From Trichodelitschia bisporula (taxonomy: Eukaryota), in NCBI GenBank assembly GCA_010356995.1, contig ML996695.1, forward strand, positions 9,061 to 73,060: a stretch of DNA of 64,000 nt, given 5' to 3'. The translations under genes were made by a program, and so were the position numbers. Shown piece after piece: positions 25,119 through 38,158 of this stretch. Every line of letters starts with the position of its first letter. Within the stretch, counting starts at the first letter, position 1. The notes under the pieces are model-generated. The model saw only the letters and a program-made list of their open reading frames with translations. It ran no database searches and was not told the origin of the DNA.

Positions 25119-26214
25119 AATGATCTTTTTGTCCTTTTTACGGTTGATGCTTACAGAGGTGAGGTTGTTGTGTCATGATTGGAAAGGGAAAGCGGCTCTT
25201 CCGGCACGACCACAGACACTGCCGTCCAAAACAGAGACCAACTTCCGGGACACTCAACAAATTCTGGGTCACAAACGTGCAATTGGAACAGCAGAGGCGG
25301 TCAATGGAGGCCTCAGCTTTGGCAAGGCACAAGACAAAAGAGACCAAGTGTAGATTCGAAGCATACCACTCAAAGGGGCCCTTCCATTTTGCTGCAGAAT
25401 CCAGAAGGGTTGGACCGTTCGCTTCCGGAGCACATGTTCCTTCGTAGGAAGGTGATGCGGGTATATATGGGGCTGCCGAGCGTCTCCCCCGCATCTGGGC
25501 CTCTCCGGACGTCCCGGCCGTTTGGAATTGCTCTCAGCGTGAGGTCCCGGGAGCCCGCGGCCGAAGTTGTGCGACTCCAGGCTGCTGAAGTTCGACTAAC
25601 TGTAGCTTGCAGGCGAGAAGTCTTACGGCAGAGCCAGGAATCCCAGCAAGAATTCCAAAAGATTGGACCTGCTCGTAGGCTAACTGGATTGACGCACTTG
25701 GCTTCCCAATGGCCAGAGATCTGGTGGGTACTCAAATCGGCTGTTAAGGAAGTTGAGACACCAGTCTCGACGCCAACGACGAAACCGTGATGTTCCGTTT
25801 GGACTCAAGTCCCGATCCCAGCCGGATGTGCCCTGAAGACATTCCGCGGTGGCCGAAACCCATACTTCACCACGGCTCCCTCGGCCTATGTCCGTCATTC
25901 GAGCAGAATTCCCCAGTTTTCAACCGTCAAGGCTGCCAAGTCCCAGCCTTCCGACGCTCCCAGGCCGTCACGCACCCGCCTCCAGCCGCCGGGAGCAGGC
26001 AACACGATGGCCGAGAGAACGAACAGGCCGTGATCACTATGGTCACAGAGTCCTTCACAGAGGATGAGCCGCCAGACTCCAGCGAGGTATAAATCACTCC
26101 ATCCAACCCTCCAGATTGAACACCATCCCACCAACAGCTTCCAACAACATCCACAACACACCAGCAACACCAGCAACACCAGCAGCACCAGCAGCAGCAA
26201 CAACCGCATCAACC

Positions 26215-26795
26215 ATGCCTTCCACGCTCAAGATCACTCTCCTCGCAGCCCTCGGCCTCAGGTATGTCTCCAGTCCTTCATCCCTCTCCCAGCTAATACC
26301 ATCAGCGGCGCTGCTCTCGCCCGCCCGGCCCAGGACGGCTGGTGCGGCCCCTGCGCCCAGCTCTACGGCACTGGCGGCAACTCCGTCGCCGCCGGCGCGT
26401 CCGCCGACTCGAGCGACAGCGGCACAGGCAGGTACGGGTACTACCCGATCCAGTACGACAGCAGCAGCACCCAAGCGGACGCGGCGGCCGATTCGGAGGC
26501 CAGCTCGAACAAGCTCAAGCTCCGCAAGCGCCAGGAGGAAGAGAAGGCGGCTGAGGCTCCCGCCGACACGGCCGGAATTGAGGCTGCTGACGACGAGAAG
26601 TATCGTGTCGGCGGTGGGTATGGCGGGGGGTATGGTGGGCGCGGGGGATACGGCAATGGCTATGGCAATGGCTACGGCAACGGCAACGGCTATGGCAATG
26701 GCTACGGTAACGGCTATGGGAACGGTGGTTACGGTAACGGCTATGGCAACGGCTATGGCAACGGCTATGGCAACGGCTATGGTGCCAAGCAGTAG
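26215..26795 (+). CDS. Secreted Gly/Tyr/Asn-rich protein with GYGN repeats; intron ~26262-26305
   Basis: Spliced signal peptide MPSTLKITLLAALGLSGAALA, LRKR Kex2 site, C-terminal (GYGN)n; TATAAA at ~26088. Confidence 0.8.
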
Positions 26796-27883
26796 GCGCG
26801 ACGCTTGATTGCTCTGGATATCTCTCTCTCTCTTGATAGAGTTGTAATAGAGGCTCTGCCCTGCTTCCACAGGCCTTGAATTTTGGATCATTGTTTTGCT
26901 GTTGACTTCGGACTCCTTTCTTGCACACCGACTCATAGAAGGACTTGGGAAGGTGACGATTTCGCTCCCGGTGCCAGAAAATCGAAAGGGATGGGCTCTA
27001 GAGCCATGGGCGGCACGCTCCAAAGCTGCGGTGAGATCATTATGGCTTTCATAAATAGGTGTTGACGATCATAGGGGCAGTATATCACATTTACCGGCGT
27101 GGTTCGCCTGCCTCCATCTCCGTAGGCTGACCTCGCTCCAACCTTCCAGAAAAGGAAATGAGCAACTGAGCAACTGCCGGACACATTAGTTGGAGTCCTA
27201 AAAGATTGTACAAAAAAAGAAACATCATCAGACAAGTACGACAGAGCCGCCCAGTCTTCCAAGCCCGCTCCATCACGAATTCCCAGTACGTAACTCACAG
27301 CACAACGCCAGCGACGTCATCAAGCTAACCCTTCAACTGCACTTATCCAACCACTTGACTAACAGCTCTGGGCGCATCCGGACCTCGATCTCAACACATC
27401 ACCATGCCACTCTGCCCTGCTGATCTAGCCCCTCCTCGACAGGCTACCCGGCACACCCCCGCCGCCCCACTACCTGATCGGCTCCCTAGCTCGCCGGCAC
27501 GCGCCGACCCGAAGGGAGCGGGACCCGTACGACAGACCCGCTTCGCTTACTTTAACATCACAGTGCGCAGGACACAAGTAGGCATATTTCGTTCCTTTCT
27601 ATCCCGCCCACCGCCCAACCAAAAGGCTACATTCGTCTACGCTGGTACCCAAAACCATCCCCAATAGTCGTACACAGAACACCGCCTCCCACCCCAACGG
27701 CGCGCAAACTCGCGTTGCACATTCGCGCCGCACGTCCGCGCTTACATTCAACGCCGAGTTTCCCACTAAAAACGACCAATCTGCTGAACGCCCCGCAACA
27801 AAGGAAAATATAGCGGATATACCGTCTTGCGCTTTTGCGGAACCATAAAAGAGTGTGTGCTAGAAGCTCAATTCATATCATCC

Positions 27884-29578
27884 TTATTGCCCCTCCTCCA
27901 TCCTCTGCTGCTCCGCCACCGCTGCCGCAGCCGCTGCCGCATTCTTCCCTCCGCTTTCCCGGCGATGCAACAACCCGCGTACGGGATTCGGCATCTTCAG
28001 CTCGCTGACCCGCCAATCCAGCGGCTCCTTCTGCTTGGCGGGATTACTCATCTTGCGCTTCGCACGACCAGAGTAGTACAGCCCCGTCGCGGGCGGGAGG
28101 GGTCGGAGAGCAGTGCGCTTAGTCCGCTTGTCGCGATGCTCGTCGTACGGTTCGCGCATCGGGACATCCCCGAGCGGGTTGTCGCCGAGGGATAGGCTGC
28201 TGATGTGGCTGTTCTCGGTAAATGTGTCGCTCAGCACGCTGCGGTCGGAGATACTAGGTGCTGTGCGGACGGAGCGATCTGACAAGGACGGGGCGGAGTT
28301 GGCGTAGCTCGAGGCCGTGGCCAGGAGCATGAGGTTTGATTCGGGGAGGCGCGGCCGGATCGCGGCACGGGACTCGTAAGGTGGTGGCGAGTACTCGTAC
28401 ATACTGTCTGAGTCCTTGCTCATGATGGAGGCGCCGCCGTCGAGCGACCCCTCGTGCTCCCAGCAGTTTTCGTTGGAGCCGAAGACACGGGGGAGGTTGT
28501 GCACGTCGACCCAGGAGAGTTCTTCGTAGGCGAGCGCGATGTAGATTATGTCGCCGACGGCTTTGTCGTGGGCCATGCATTGCGATTCGAGGAAGCCGTA
28601 GTCCCAGAGGACGGGCTGGCGCTGGTCTGGCGGGAGTTGGTCGAGCTCCATGTCTGAGGAGCGGAGGCATTGGAGGGGTGTCCAGGGGCGGCCACGGAGG
28701 ATAGTCGCGAAGACGGCTTCGACGGTGTGGGTGAAGGTTGTGGCGCTGCGGTCATCGAGGGTTATGTCTTGGTGGAGGCCGCGCGATTGGCAGCGTAGGA
28801 AGGCGGTGGAGTCGGGTGGGAAGGCGAAGTGCTGCGTCTTTTTGGGGACGAGGATGACGCGGACGGACCAGGTGGGTTTATCGCGGATGGGGAGAGGGAC
28901 GGATGCCGTGAGGCTGCTGAGAGGTGGAAGGGTCGGGAGAGGTCGGTGTGCGGCGGGTGTTGCGGGTAGGGAGGGAAGTTTCGCGGATACTGGAGCTGGA
29001 GTCGGAGGCGCGGGCGTGGGTTCGGCAGTCATGGCTTCAGGTGAGGTGGAGCGCTCGAGACGCTCCTCGAGCCGTATCACCGACTCATCGATGTCCCCAA
29101 CACGCAGGCGCAGCTCTTCCAGGTCGCCCGCCGCAGCAGTCGCCTTATCCAGCACGCCCTCAAGCTTATCCTCGTAATTCACCCTCATCATCTCCAACTT
29201 CTCATCGGCGTAGTACTTGAGGCATGCCATATTGCCATAGCTCGCCCTCAGCATCTGGACCAGATCCCGGACCGCCTTGTCGCGGTCGCGGCGCTCGCGC
29301 ACGAGCCGGTCCTCCAGGCGGCCAACGGCATCCTCGACGCGCTTCAGCCGGTCCAGCACGGCGAGGTGTTCATCCAAGGGCACCGAGGACTCAGGGATGT
29401 GGTGCCAGGCCTGGTGGCCGCAGCCGCATTGGGCGCCGACGGCGGAGAGACTGAAGGCGACGCAGGTGCAACGTTGGCGCGTGCCATCTTCGGCGACGTC
29501 GGGGAGGATGAAGCGGCACTCGCCGCGAGGGAGCTGCTCGCGCGGCGGGCGCGAGAGGTGCACCAGCGGCGCGAACAT
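27884..29578 (-). CDS. Hypothetical protein with N-terminal Cys/His cluster, coiled coil and disordered tail
   Basis: Long ORF with coding-like composition; likely start MFAPLVHL; motif C-x12-CTC-x11-CGCGHQAWHH. Confidence 0.8.
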   Translation of the reverse strand: MFAPLVHLSRPPREQLPRGECRFILPDVAEDGTRQRCTCVAFSLSAVGAQCGCGHQAWHHIPESSVPLDEHLAVLDRLKRVEDAVGRLEDRLVRERRDRDKAVRDLVQMLRASYGNMACLKYYADEKLEMMRVNYEDKLEGVLDKATAAAGDLEELRLRVGDIDESVIRLEERLERSTSPEAMTAEPTPAPPTPAPVSAKLPSLPATPAAHRPLPTLPPLSSLTASVPLPIRDKPTWSVRVILVPKKTQHFAFPPDSTAFLRCQSRGLHQDITLDDRSATTFTHTVEAVFATILRGRPWTPLQCLRSSDMELDQLPPDQRQPVLWDYGFLESQCMAHDKAVGDIIYIALAYEELSWVDVHNLPRVFGSNENCWEHEGSLDGGASIMSKDSDSMYEYSPPPYESRAAIRPRLPESNLMLLATASSYANSAPSLSDRSVRTAPSISDRSVLSDTFTENSHISSLSLGDNPLGDVPMREPYDEHRDKRTKRTALRPLPPATGLYYSGRAKRKMSNPAKQKEPLDWRVSELKMPNPVRGLLHRRESGGKNAAAAAAAVAEQQRMEEGQ

Positions 29579-32548
29579 CAGGGAGGCATGGGGGGGTGGC
29601 GATTCGGAAGTTGATGGTTTGTGGTCGAGCGACCGGGTGACGGGAGGGGGGGGGGTCGGTGATATGGATCGAAGTCGAGGGTGGATGGTGGGAGAGGGGC
29701 GTAAGAAATGGTGGGCGGCGGAGGTGGTGAGGGATATCAGGGATATGAGAGAGCGTGGGTGGGAGTGGGTTGGTGGGCGAGGCTGTTCCTTAGCTTTGAG
29801 CCAACGAGCCAACGAGAAGAGACACGAGGCTATGCCAGGCGCGCGTGGGCGTCGAGTGTATCCTTACGGAATCACCGAAGGAAATAGGGCTGCAGAGAGG
29901 AACAACTTCAAGAAGGGAAGAAGGAAGAGAGAAGAGGGGAAAGGAGTCGGAAAAGATGATGGTGGAGTAGGTCTATTTCTCCTCGGTGCTATTGCATTAT
30001 TGTTTCTGCGCTCTTCTCATTCTCTCCCACTTGATCTCGCATCGACTCGCAAATCACCAAGGCGGGTATCTTCACTTCTCTCTATCAGCCCTGAGCCCGC
30101 GGCCAACCGATAAGCGATTGCCAGTCCCAAGGCCGCCTTCAGGCCCCGGCGCTTTGCCCGGCTTGGGCTGGCGTGGGTGGTGCCTTTCCGGATGTGGAAG
30201 GGGGGGTGTGGAATTGTGCAAGGTTTGGGGGTGTTTTGGGGACGAGGAGAGTCGGTATGCAAGAACATGTACAATCGCCCAATGTCATTACCGCGTGCCA
30301 GAAGCCCACGCCGAGCTCGTACCCCTCCAACCCTCCTCTACATAAAAGACGGCAGCGAAGGGCGGCACGAACGAACTTGGCGCGGGTTCACGATCGCCTC
30401 ATCCAGGGCTGCAGGTACGAGATAGATGGTGGAATGGGGGGAAAGGGTGGGGAGAAAAAAAAGTGTGTGTGTACGAGTGGGGAGTCTTCCACCACCACCT
30501 CCACGTTATGTTGAAGGGGCGGTGATAGTGATGGTCAAGTGGAGCCGATACTTTGATCCATGTTGGCCGTTTACATGGGGAATTGAACTGCAAAAGTCAG
30601 CCTCTTCCCCAAAAAAGCCCATGTCTTCTTATCTCTGGGCGGTCCGCTGACACACGCCACTGTGTCAATGCTGCCAACCCACGCCCAGCCTTGCACAAAA
30701 AACAGCCACTTGTGCACCGCCTCTTGTATCGCCTGTTTGCATCTTCTACGGTACTTGTACTACTCCCGTTTGGGCCAATGCTCTTCTGCTATCGGTGCCA
30801 TATCCCCCCACCGCCACACACACACACACACACTCACTTAACGGGAAGCACAAAAGGTACAAAGGTACGGGCAAAGGTACACAAAAGGTACAAACCGCAC
30901 AAAACCCCCGTGCATAACAAGCCTTTGCCAAGCGACCAGTCGATCCTTCGAGAAGGCGCCGTCGGCCATGGGCCCGAGCGACCAGTGGAGAGTGGTGGAT
31001 AGGCGGGAGTGTTAAGCCTCAAAAGGAGCTTAACATAGACAGTCGAGACTCCAGGTCCATGAGTCTAACGAATACCTCCTGCGCTTACGGTACTGCCGTT
31101 TGAGCTTGAAGTTTTGGCTTTTGACGTTGACGTAGTCCATCTCTAACGTCGCCAACAACAAGTGAATCCTACATACCCGCCCAGAGATAATTGCCACCCC
31201 CCCCGCAACTCTCAGCCCTTATCGTCGCAATCCACAACCCCCCCACCCCACACACTTGAAACCCGAGCGCCAGTTGCGTGTTACCGTGGCGGTGGAAACG
31301 CTGAGCCAATCTCCGTCGCGCGGGGGGATGGAGACGGGTTCCGTGCGCGGGAGTGGGAGCCCTCTCGCGCCCCTCTCCCGCGCAGGTGACGGGTCCGCCT
31401 CTCCATCTCAATCTTCAGAATAAAGTCAAACCCGCGCGGATGCGGGAACGGAAGGTATCCGTAGTCTTACCTAGGTAAGGGCTAGCCGTCGCGATAGTCC
31501 GCGGCCAGCGGGTGGAGGAAGCTGAGGTATAATTCACATGATAGAGATAGCCAGCAAGAACAAGCATGAGCGATCTTACGCCTCCGTTTTTAAAATTGTC
31601 CGCCGTGGCTGCCGCTCATCGGCTCAACAGCCCGTAAGCCCGAAATCGCCGGGGCCGGGAAACCCCGCGCCGAGCCATGGCGACGTAAAACCGCGCCGTG
31701 ATGCCATCGTCGACTCACTCCGTCGGTTCAACACTCTGTCCGTCGCGGGGCGAGGCTGTGCGCCCCGCGTCAGGGCCAGGAACCTGCTCAGCGGCTAGGC
31801 CCGATGCCGCCGCCTGTCACTGCCAGACGTAATCGGGTAAGGTCCTGCCGTTTTTGTCGTCGCCGACAGATGACATCGTGGGCGGTGGGCTGAGAACAGG
31901 TTGTCTGTGTGCTTTTTGTCCACGGGAGAGTATCCGCTAAACTGGTTACCATGGTATTTGAGATGGCCCTTCGTGGGCCATGGAGTGGGCCTTCGTGGGT
32001 GTTGGAGTAGTGGGCATTCTTGGATACGAGAGGATGTCACTGCGCCGAGGATCGCGAGTCGCCGATCTGCATGAGAAATTGCGAGATACGTTGTGAGATA
32101 CTTCACAAAATTCGTCACGTCGTGGGATCGCCTTTGTCAAGATGTACACCAACACCCACAGATCGATCGGCCACCCGTCGGAACGCGGTCCGCATTTGTC
32201 ACGCCGCTGGCTTGCTTGTCCGCAGGGCTGACTGGCCGCCGACGTTGAGCCTCGCCGTGTGGGTGGCCCAGGCCTGCCAATAAGCCCGCCTTCGCTTCTC
32301 AGCCAGCCCATGTTTGGTGACGGTACGTCTTGTTGTACCACGCGGCGGATAGCCACGCCCGCTCAGCTCCGAGTTCAACACCGCTCCCCTGGACGGACAC
32401 GACACCGAACATCATTTGATTGCCCAGTTACACAGATTTGTGCGATAAGTAATCGTAGTGTAAGTCGAAGACCGATGTCCAGAGCAGAGAGTCCCAACGC
32501 CAGAAAATGCCCGTCACCCCGTCACGCCGCCACGCCAAACCCCAATCG

Positions 32549-32958
32549 CTATGCATTCTTCTCAAGAAACTCTTTGGCCTCGTTGACCTTCGTTGCTAGG
32601 TAGGGACTTCCGCCGCGGTCGGGGTGGTTGAGCAGCATGAGTTGGCGGTGCTTCTTGCGGATGAGCTCGCGGGAGAGGCCGCGCTCGCTGTTGTTGTTAG
32701 TTGTGTTGAGGCAAAGGGGAAGCCGAAACGTACGGCAGCTCCAGAATCAGCGCTGCTTCTCGCCGATTCATCTTTGGTTCGAAGCCGCCCTTATAGAATG
32801 CGCGTCCGAGAGCGCCCGTCGTCCCACGGTAGCGGCGCAGGGCGACGAGTCCGGCACGGCCCTGGGCTGTCAGCGACTGCGATCACAGCCAGTAGTAGTA
32901 TACGTACAAAGAACGCGGCGGCTGCGACGCCGACTCCAATAGCGATTGCGGAGGCCAT
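32549..32958 (-). CDS. PAM18: Mitochondrial import motor J-protein Pam18/Tim14, 2 introns
   Basis: [45 protein letters not shown]. Confidence 0.93.
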
Positions 32959-33162
32959 GGTGGTGGAGAGGCGATGATGCGATGATTCTTGCGCTTTGGT
33001 GGGATTAGAGTAGTGGCGCAGAAAATATGGCGGCGTCGACCGGCAGAATTCGGCCCGCGGAAAATCTTCGTGGCGTTGATTTTTGGATGTCGGAGTATCG
33101 TCAACCCCACAGCTTCCCAACACGACTTCTCCACCCGCCAACCACTCCTCAACACCGCCGCC

Positions 33163-33831
33163 ATGAGGATTGAAACGTGTTCTTTCTGCTCGCAGTATGT
33201 ACACCGTCGCCCTTTTCCGCAACTCTGCTGACTCCCAGGCCCGTCTACCCCTCCAAGGGCATCCAATTCGTGCGCAACGATGCGCGTGTATTCCGCTTCT
33301 GCCGCTCCAAATGCCACAAGAACTTCAAGATGAGTGCGTCTACTGTCTCTCAATTGCCTCTCCGCGACCTAGCTAACCACCCTTCCAGAGCGTAACCCAC
33401 GTAAGCTCGCCTGGACCAAGTCCTTCCGCAAAGCGCACGGCAAGGAGATGGTCGTAGACGGGGCCCTCGCCCTCGCCGCCAAGCGCAACGTGCCGACACG
33501 CTACAACCGCGAGACCGTGGCCACGGCGCTCAAGGCGATGCAGCGCTTCAGTGAGGTGCGCGCGCGCCGCGAGCGGGTCTTCTACCGGACGCGTATGGCT
33601 GGCAACCGCGAGCGACAACTCGAGGCGGATCGCAAGCTCGTCGCGGAGAATGAGCACCTGCTGCCGCCTGAGTACCGCCAGAAGAAGCTTGAGGAGGAGG
33701 CCGAGGTGGCGCAGGAAGAGATGGTTGAGGAGCTTGATGAGATGGACATTGAGGAGCAGACACAAATCAAGACACGGCCAGCAAAGGTCAAGAAGCAACT
33801 CAAGGTCAAATGGGCTGGTGGAGTTGAGTGA
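33163..33831 (+). CDS. RLP24: Ribosome biogenesis protein Rlp24 (eL24-like), 2 introns
   Basis: [58 protein letters not shown]. Confidence 0.95.
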
Positions 33832-35447
33832 GGGACCCGGATGGCGTTTGGCGTTTGGCTCTCACTCGACGAGCTGGTTGGGCAAGAATTCACTGCGGAT
33901 AAAAGCTGGTGGCGCTGTGGATAGCCGGTGATTGTTGTCTTCACGGGCAAAAAGCTGGTGAGACTTATTCTGTTCTTACGGACTGCTCTTACGGCTGTAG
34001 TCTGCAAAATATTTATACCACGTTACGACCTGCAGTGTTCGACCTAGATCGTATGCAACTTACTTATCGCCACGTGCCTTTGTTCCTCATCCTTAACCAT
34101 GTCCTTCTAGTTGACCCCCTATTATGTTTAGGGCATTCCGATAACCATGTAGCTATCTTCACTACTGATAGCCGCAATTCGGTTGTCGCGTAGCCGTCAT
34201 CCGGGCCGCAAGGATCGAATCGAGCCCTAATCCAACCCTGGTTCAAAGGACCTGCACATATATTGGAACCCGACAGCGCATCTACATCGGACCGGGGGCC
34301 GTACCTTCAGTGGGGGGCAAAGCTTCACCTGGATGAGTCGCCTCTGATGCAAGAACACATCTGTTATCCGTCGGAGCATTGAAGGGCTCGACTCGATCTC
34401 TCACCGCTTGCGCCAACGTGGAGCGGACTGCAACCCTCCGCTACGTTATCATCGCTTTGTTGAAGGATATCTGTTGGCGTGCGGCATTTGTTGCTGTCTA
34501 GAACTCGCTTCGGACGTCCCTCCCTCGCCATGGCCTGCAGTTTTACCGTTTGGCACCGGCACTGCAGTTCATCTTCATGGCCATGTTGAGGCCGGAGCTC
34601 GTCGACCGTTCGTCCAGCTTCCACTGCTCCCGTCTGCGTATACCGGGCGGGCAACAGGTTCTACACGCCTCGGTTCGTGAAAGGTCAGCTTGCTAGACCT
34701 TCCGGCGACCCCCCTCTGGTACATGACATTGCACCCCAGATCGGGAACGGCTGTGGTTCAGCGTTTAGTTCGTGCCTTGCCTCTGGTTTACGTTACACTC
34801 ACGTGGATACTGTCGTTATCCAAGTGCCGCTGGTTCGACCATGAGCTCGAACCGACGTCACACCGGCATCTACTCTGTTGATGTCTTCGGTACGGTGATG
34901 CCGCTGTCGGTCCGGTTGCGTTTCCACCTCTTCGCTTCGTTGAATACGCCTCCGCTGTTGGATGGCATTGCCGAATGCCGGCCCTTGGGGGGCCTAGTGA
35001 CCTTCCACATTACATCATGTTCCTTCCTTCCATTCCAATGCTCCTGCCTTGTCTACACCAGTCGATATTTCCCGTGGAGTTTCAACAGGAAGCTCAGCTT
35101 CTCCCACGCACGCTTCGTATGCCATGAGGCGGGACTCGGCATACACTCCTTCAACCTCCAGCACTCTGTCTTCATCACCTTTCCGTATTGCTCGCCTTCC
35201 AGTTAAATCCCACGGCAGTTCAGGATGGGCGCATAGCGTCTTCTGTCATGAGCTCCGTTAAGAGCAATTGATATCCTGTGGCGCTAATTTCGAAGCCATA
35301 CAACCTTGCCCCCCTCAGGCCTTGTGACGACATTTGAGCAAAATATGTATTTCAACCTCCTCAAGCTCCTCGTTCCGGCCAGGCCCCAACGTCAAGAATG
35401 GCCAAATGGAAACCCTTATCCAGTCCAGCAAAAAGGCAAAAACAAAA

Positions 35448-35565
35448 ACATACAGCAGTTGGGATTCGCTGCTGGTCACCCACGCAACTACTAGTCAACC
35501 GGTTCAAAGCTTAACTTCAGTGAGCAGACGGGGACTGGTGTTCTCTTTGACCTGTGGCCGTATGT
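35448..35565 (-). rRNA. Dispersed 5S rRNA gene
   Basis: 118 nt ACATACGGCCACAGG...CCGTCTGCTC..AAGTTAAGC...TAGTAGTTGCGTGGGTGACCAGCAGCGAATCC...TGCTGTATGT followed by a T-run. Confidence 0.93.
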
Positions 35566-36233
35566 GCCGAAAGGAAGATGGGATTGGATAGCATAGAGCT
35601 AAAACGGGAGCTTCGCAGCGTCGGCTCGTTGATGCCCGTAACTACAGTAGCACGGTTGCCAACTCGATGACTTGTCGTGAGCATACCCCGTCATTGCCAA
35701 GGATGTCGGGTAGGAAGATAATACGTTCCGTGTCGCTAGGGTTCAGAAACGACCAGCCTTGTCGGGCCTTCCACATCATCGGTCATGAAGGTGTACGTGT
35801 ATTGATCACTCCCAGCAACTCCATCCACCGCTAACACATACTTTGGTACTAGATCTAGTAGGTCCCGTAAGTTTATCAGGACCCAAAAATAAAACCAGTT
35901 TTAGGCTTTTTTTGCGATATCTAGTCTATTTAGACCTTTGCCAAATGACCATCACCAAGGGCGTACACCCGTTGACTGCTTGTTCCAACGCCGCAACTTT
36001 CCCGCTATTGAACCTGCAGGAACCACCCTCTGGACGTCAAGGGATACCGTTGTCTCACTCCAAAAGCCAGCGTGCATATCCTCCGCAAAACTTGCAAAGC
36101 ACGTTCAAAAACCATATCCACTTCTCCATGCCAGTTTTCATTCAGAGTTGTCACGCATAAAATGACTTTGCAGCACAACTAGAGACGCCGGTACAGACAC
36201 GCCAGGATCCAAATCCTTACAATGTCTTGCAAC

Positions 36234-38158
36234 GATGGGTCGATGCACCCTCATTGCGTTTGGCTTAGGCGTGCAATGCCCTTGTCCTCAAGGCACCGTC
36301 CTCATGTTGTCCACCGGGGACGACAGCACGTTCTGTACAATCTACTATCATTTGATGAAGGCCCATGAAAGCTACGGTAACTTGACCCATTTTCCAGGTG
36401 CCATCTTGCTGATTCATCCGTTCCACCTCTTCAACCCATCCGTATTGGCGAAGTCGTCCAGCGGCATGAGACTGTCAAGAAGCTTGCGGCTCTTGTTGAG
36501 CTTCGCAAGGTCGTCCATGTGCGTGGGACCCCATCGAGTGGAAAGACGATCCTGGCGAAGTTGCTTGTCAACCACCTTCGTGCGGCAGGCAAAAGGGCCC
36601 TCCATATCGATGGCCGGCAAGGCGACGGGACGTCTCCGAGGAAATATCTGGCGATGGAGGCTAAATGGCAGCTCGCTCACGTTTTACCGGGGAATGTTGA
36701 TGTCACTGACATTACCTTCGTGGTCGATGAGGCCCAATGCACTTACGAGTATGTTGGCTTCTGGTCACTGCTCAAAAGTCTGGTAGGCGACGTACGGCCC
36801 AACGGTCCAAACTTCTGCCTTTTCTCGTTCTACGGTAGCCCACAGCGCGGCGCCGTTCCGAGGAAGTGGTCCTACACACCACCATTCTTCAGCCCTAACC
36901 ACCGCGTAGGGATTACTCGTCTATCAACTCTTCATGCTCCGGATGGTTGTTTATACTACGACAAAGCCGAGTTCGAAGACGCGGTTGATCTCTAATGCGC
37001 GCTGCATTCTGAGACGAAGTTCAGCTTGGAACAAGCTGCCAAAGACTATGTTCTCAACATGACCAACGGACATCCTGGTGCTGTTGCTTCGATCCTCCCA
37101 TACCTACATACGGTATTCAATACCCGCAACGTTTTCCGATCTTAACTAACAATACCCAGGTATACGGGTCAGCGTGCAAGCGTAGACAAATTTCATCTGT
37201 CTCAGAACACGACGTGGTGCGCTCCCTCGATGATGATGTGAAAGTCTTCGAGGCGTTGGAATACTCGCTGGTTGCTAGGTCGTTTCCGCAAGGGCATGAG
37301 CTAGCCAACGAGGTTGCTGCATTCCTCCACCATGTTCTCGTGTCCAAGACGGTAGCATTTGACAAAAACGACCCTGTCGCCGACTTGTGTTTTCGGCAAG
37401 GTTGGGTCTATACTGATGTGCCCGACGCGAGAACGGAGCGGGTGATGTGCTTCCTTCCTTCAAGGCTGCATGAGAAGTATTTCCCTCCCGAATTCCAACT
37501 GCATCCTTGCTAAAGTGCTATAGATACGTGGAGGTACATTTGGCTCACTCCCAGCCAACCCCTTTCCACTTACACAGTTTCCCACCCTGGCGGACCTCTG
37601 CTCTGCTGTCATATCATCCTTCTCGCCTCGGAATCTGGGACTCAGCATGTCCGACACCAAAACGCCTTTAGCACAACCACTGGAGTCCCAATACCAGCAT
37701 GAATTCTATCGTGCTTTCAGGAAGATTCTTGGTAATAGGGTCAGGATATCTTCAAAGTGGTCAGTCGGTGCCCACGGGCGTATTGACTTCCGGATCCTAG
37801 GGCCAAACTGGGGTGTTGAGTTCGTCTGTGGGGACGACAGGCTGAAGGACCACTGGGCGCGCTTTGAGCCCGGAGGAAAGTATCATACCTGGATCTCAAG
37901 TGTTCAGCTAACGGACTGGCTAATCATCGACTGCCCCGTCGGAAATGCTGGGTCGTGGGGCGAGTTCGTCACATCGTCTTGCCGTGCTGAAGGCTCACCT
38001 TTACAGTTCCTCCTCACCACACGAAGCTATGGTACGCCGTCTTCCACCCTGATCAATCGGCTGTTGAGATTTATGATGGTCGCGGAGGAGTTATCCTCCC
38101 CAGGACAGCTCTTTCCGATTTGAGGGGTGAGACGAAGGAGCGCGCGGTGTGGACATGA
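36234..38158 (+). pseudogene. P-loop NTPase fused to a C-terminal PD-(D/E)xK-like nuclease (Crinkler-like architecture), disrupted
   Basis: Walker A VRGTPSSGKT, Walker B FVVDEAQ, TNGHPGAV, YQHEFYRA, GRIDF..WGVE. In-frame TAA at 36993-36995; intron 1 (36377-36420) ends CG instead of AG. Confidence 0.75.

Noticed and set aside
36993..36995. Programmed stop-codon readthrough
   Set aside because: TAA is a tight stop, and an independent broken splice acceptor points to a pseudogene
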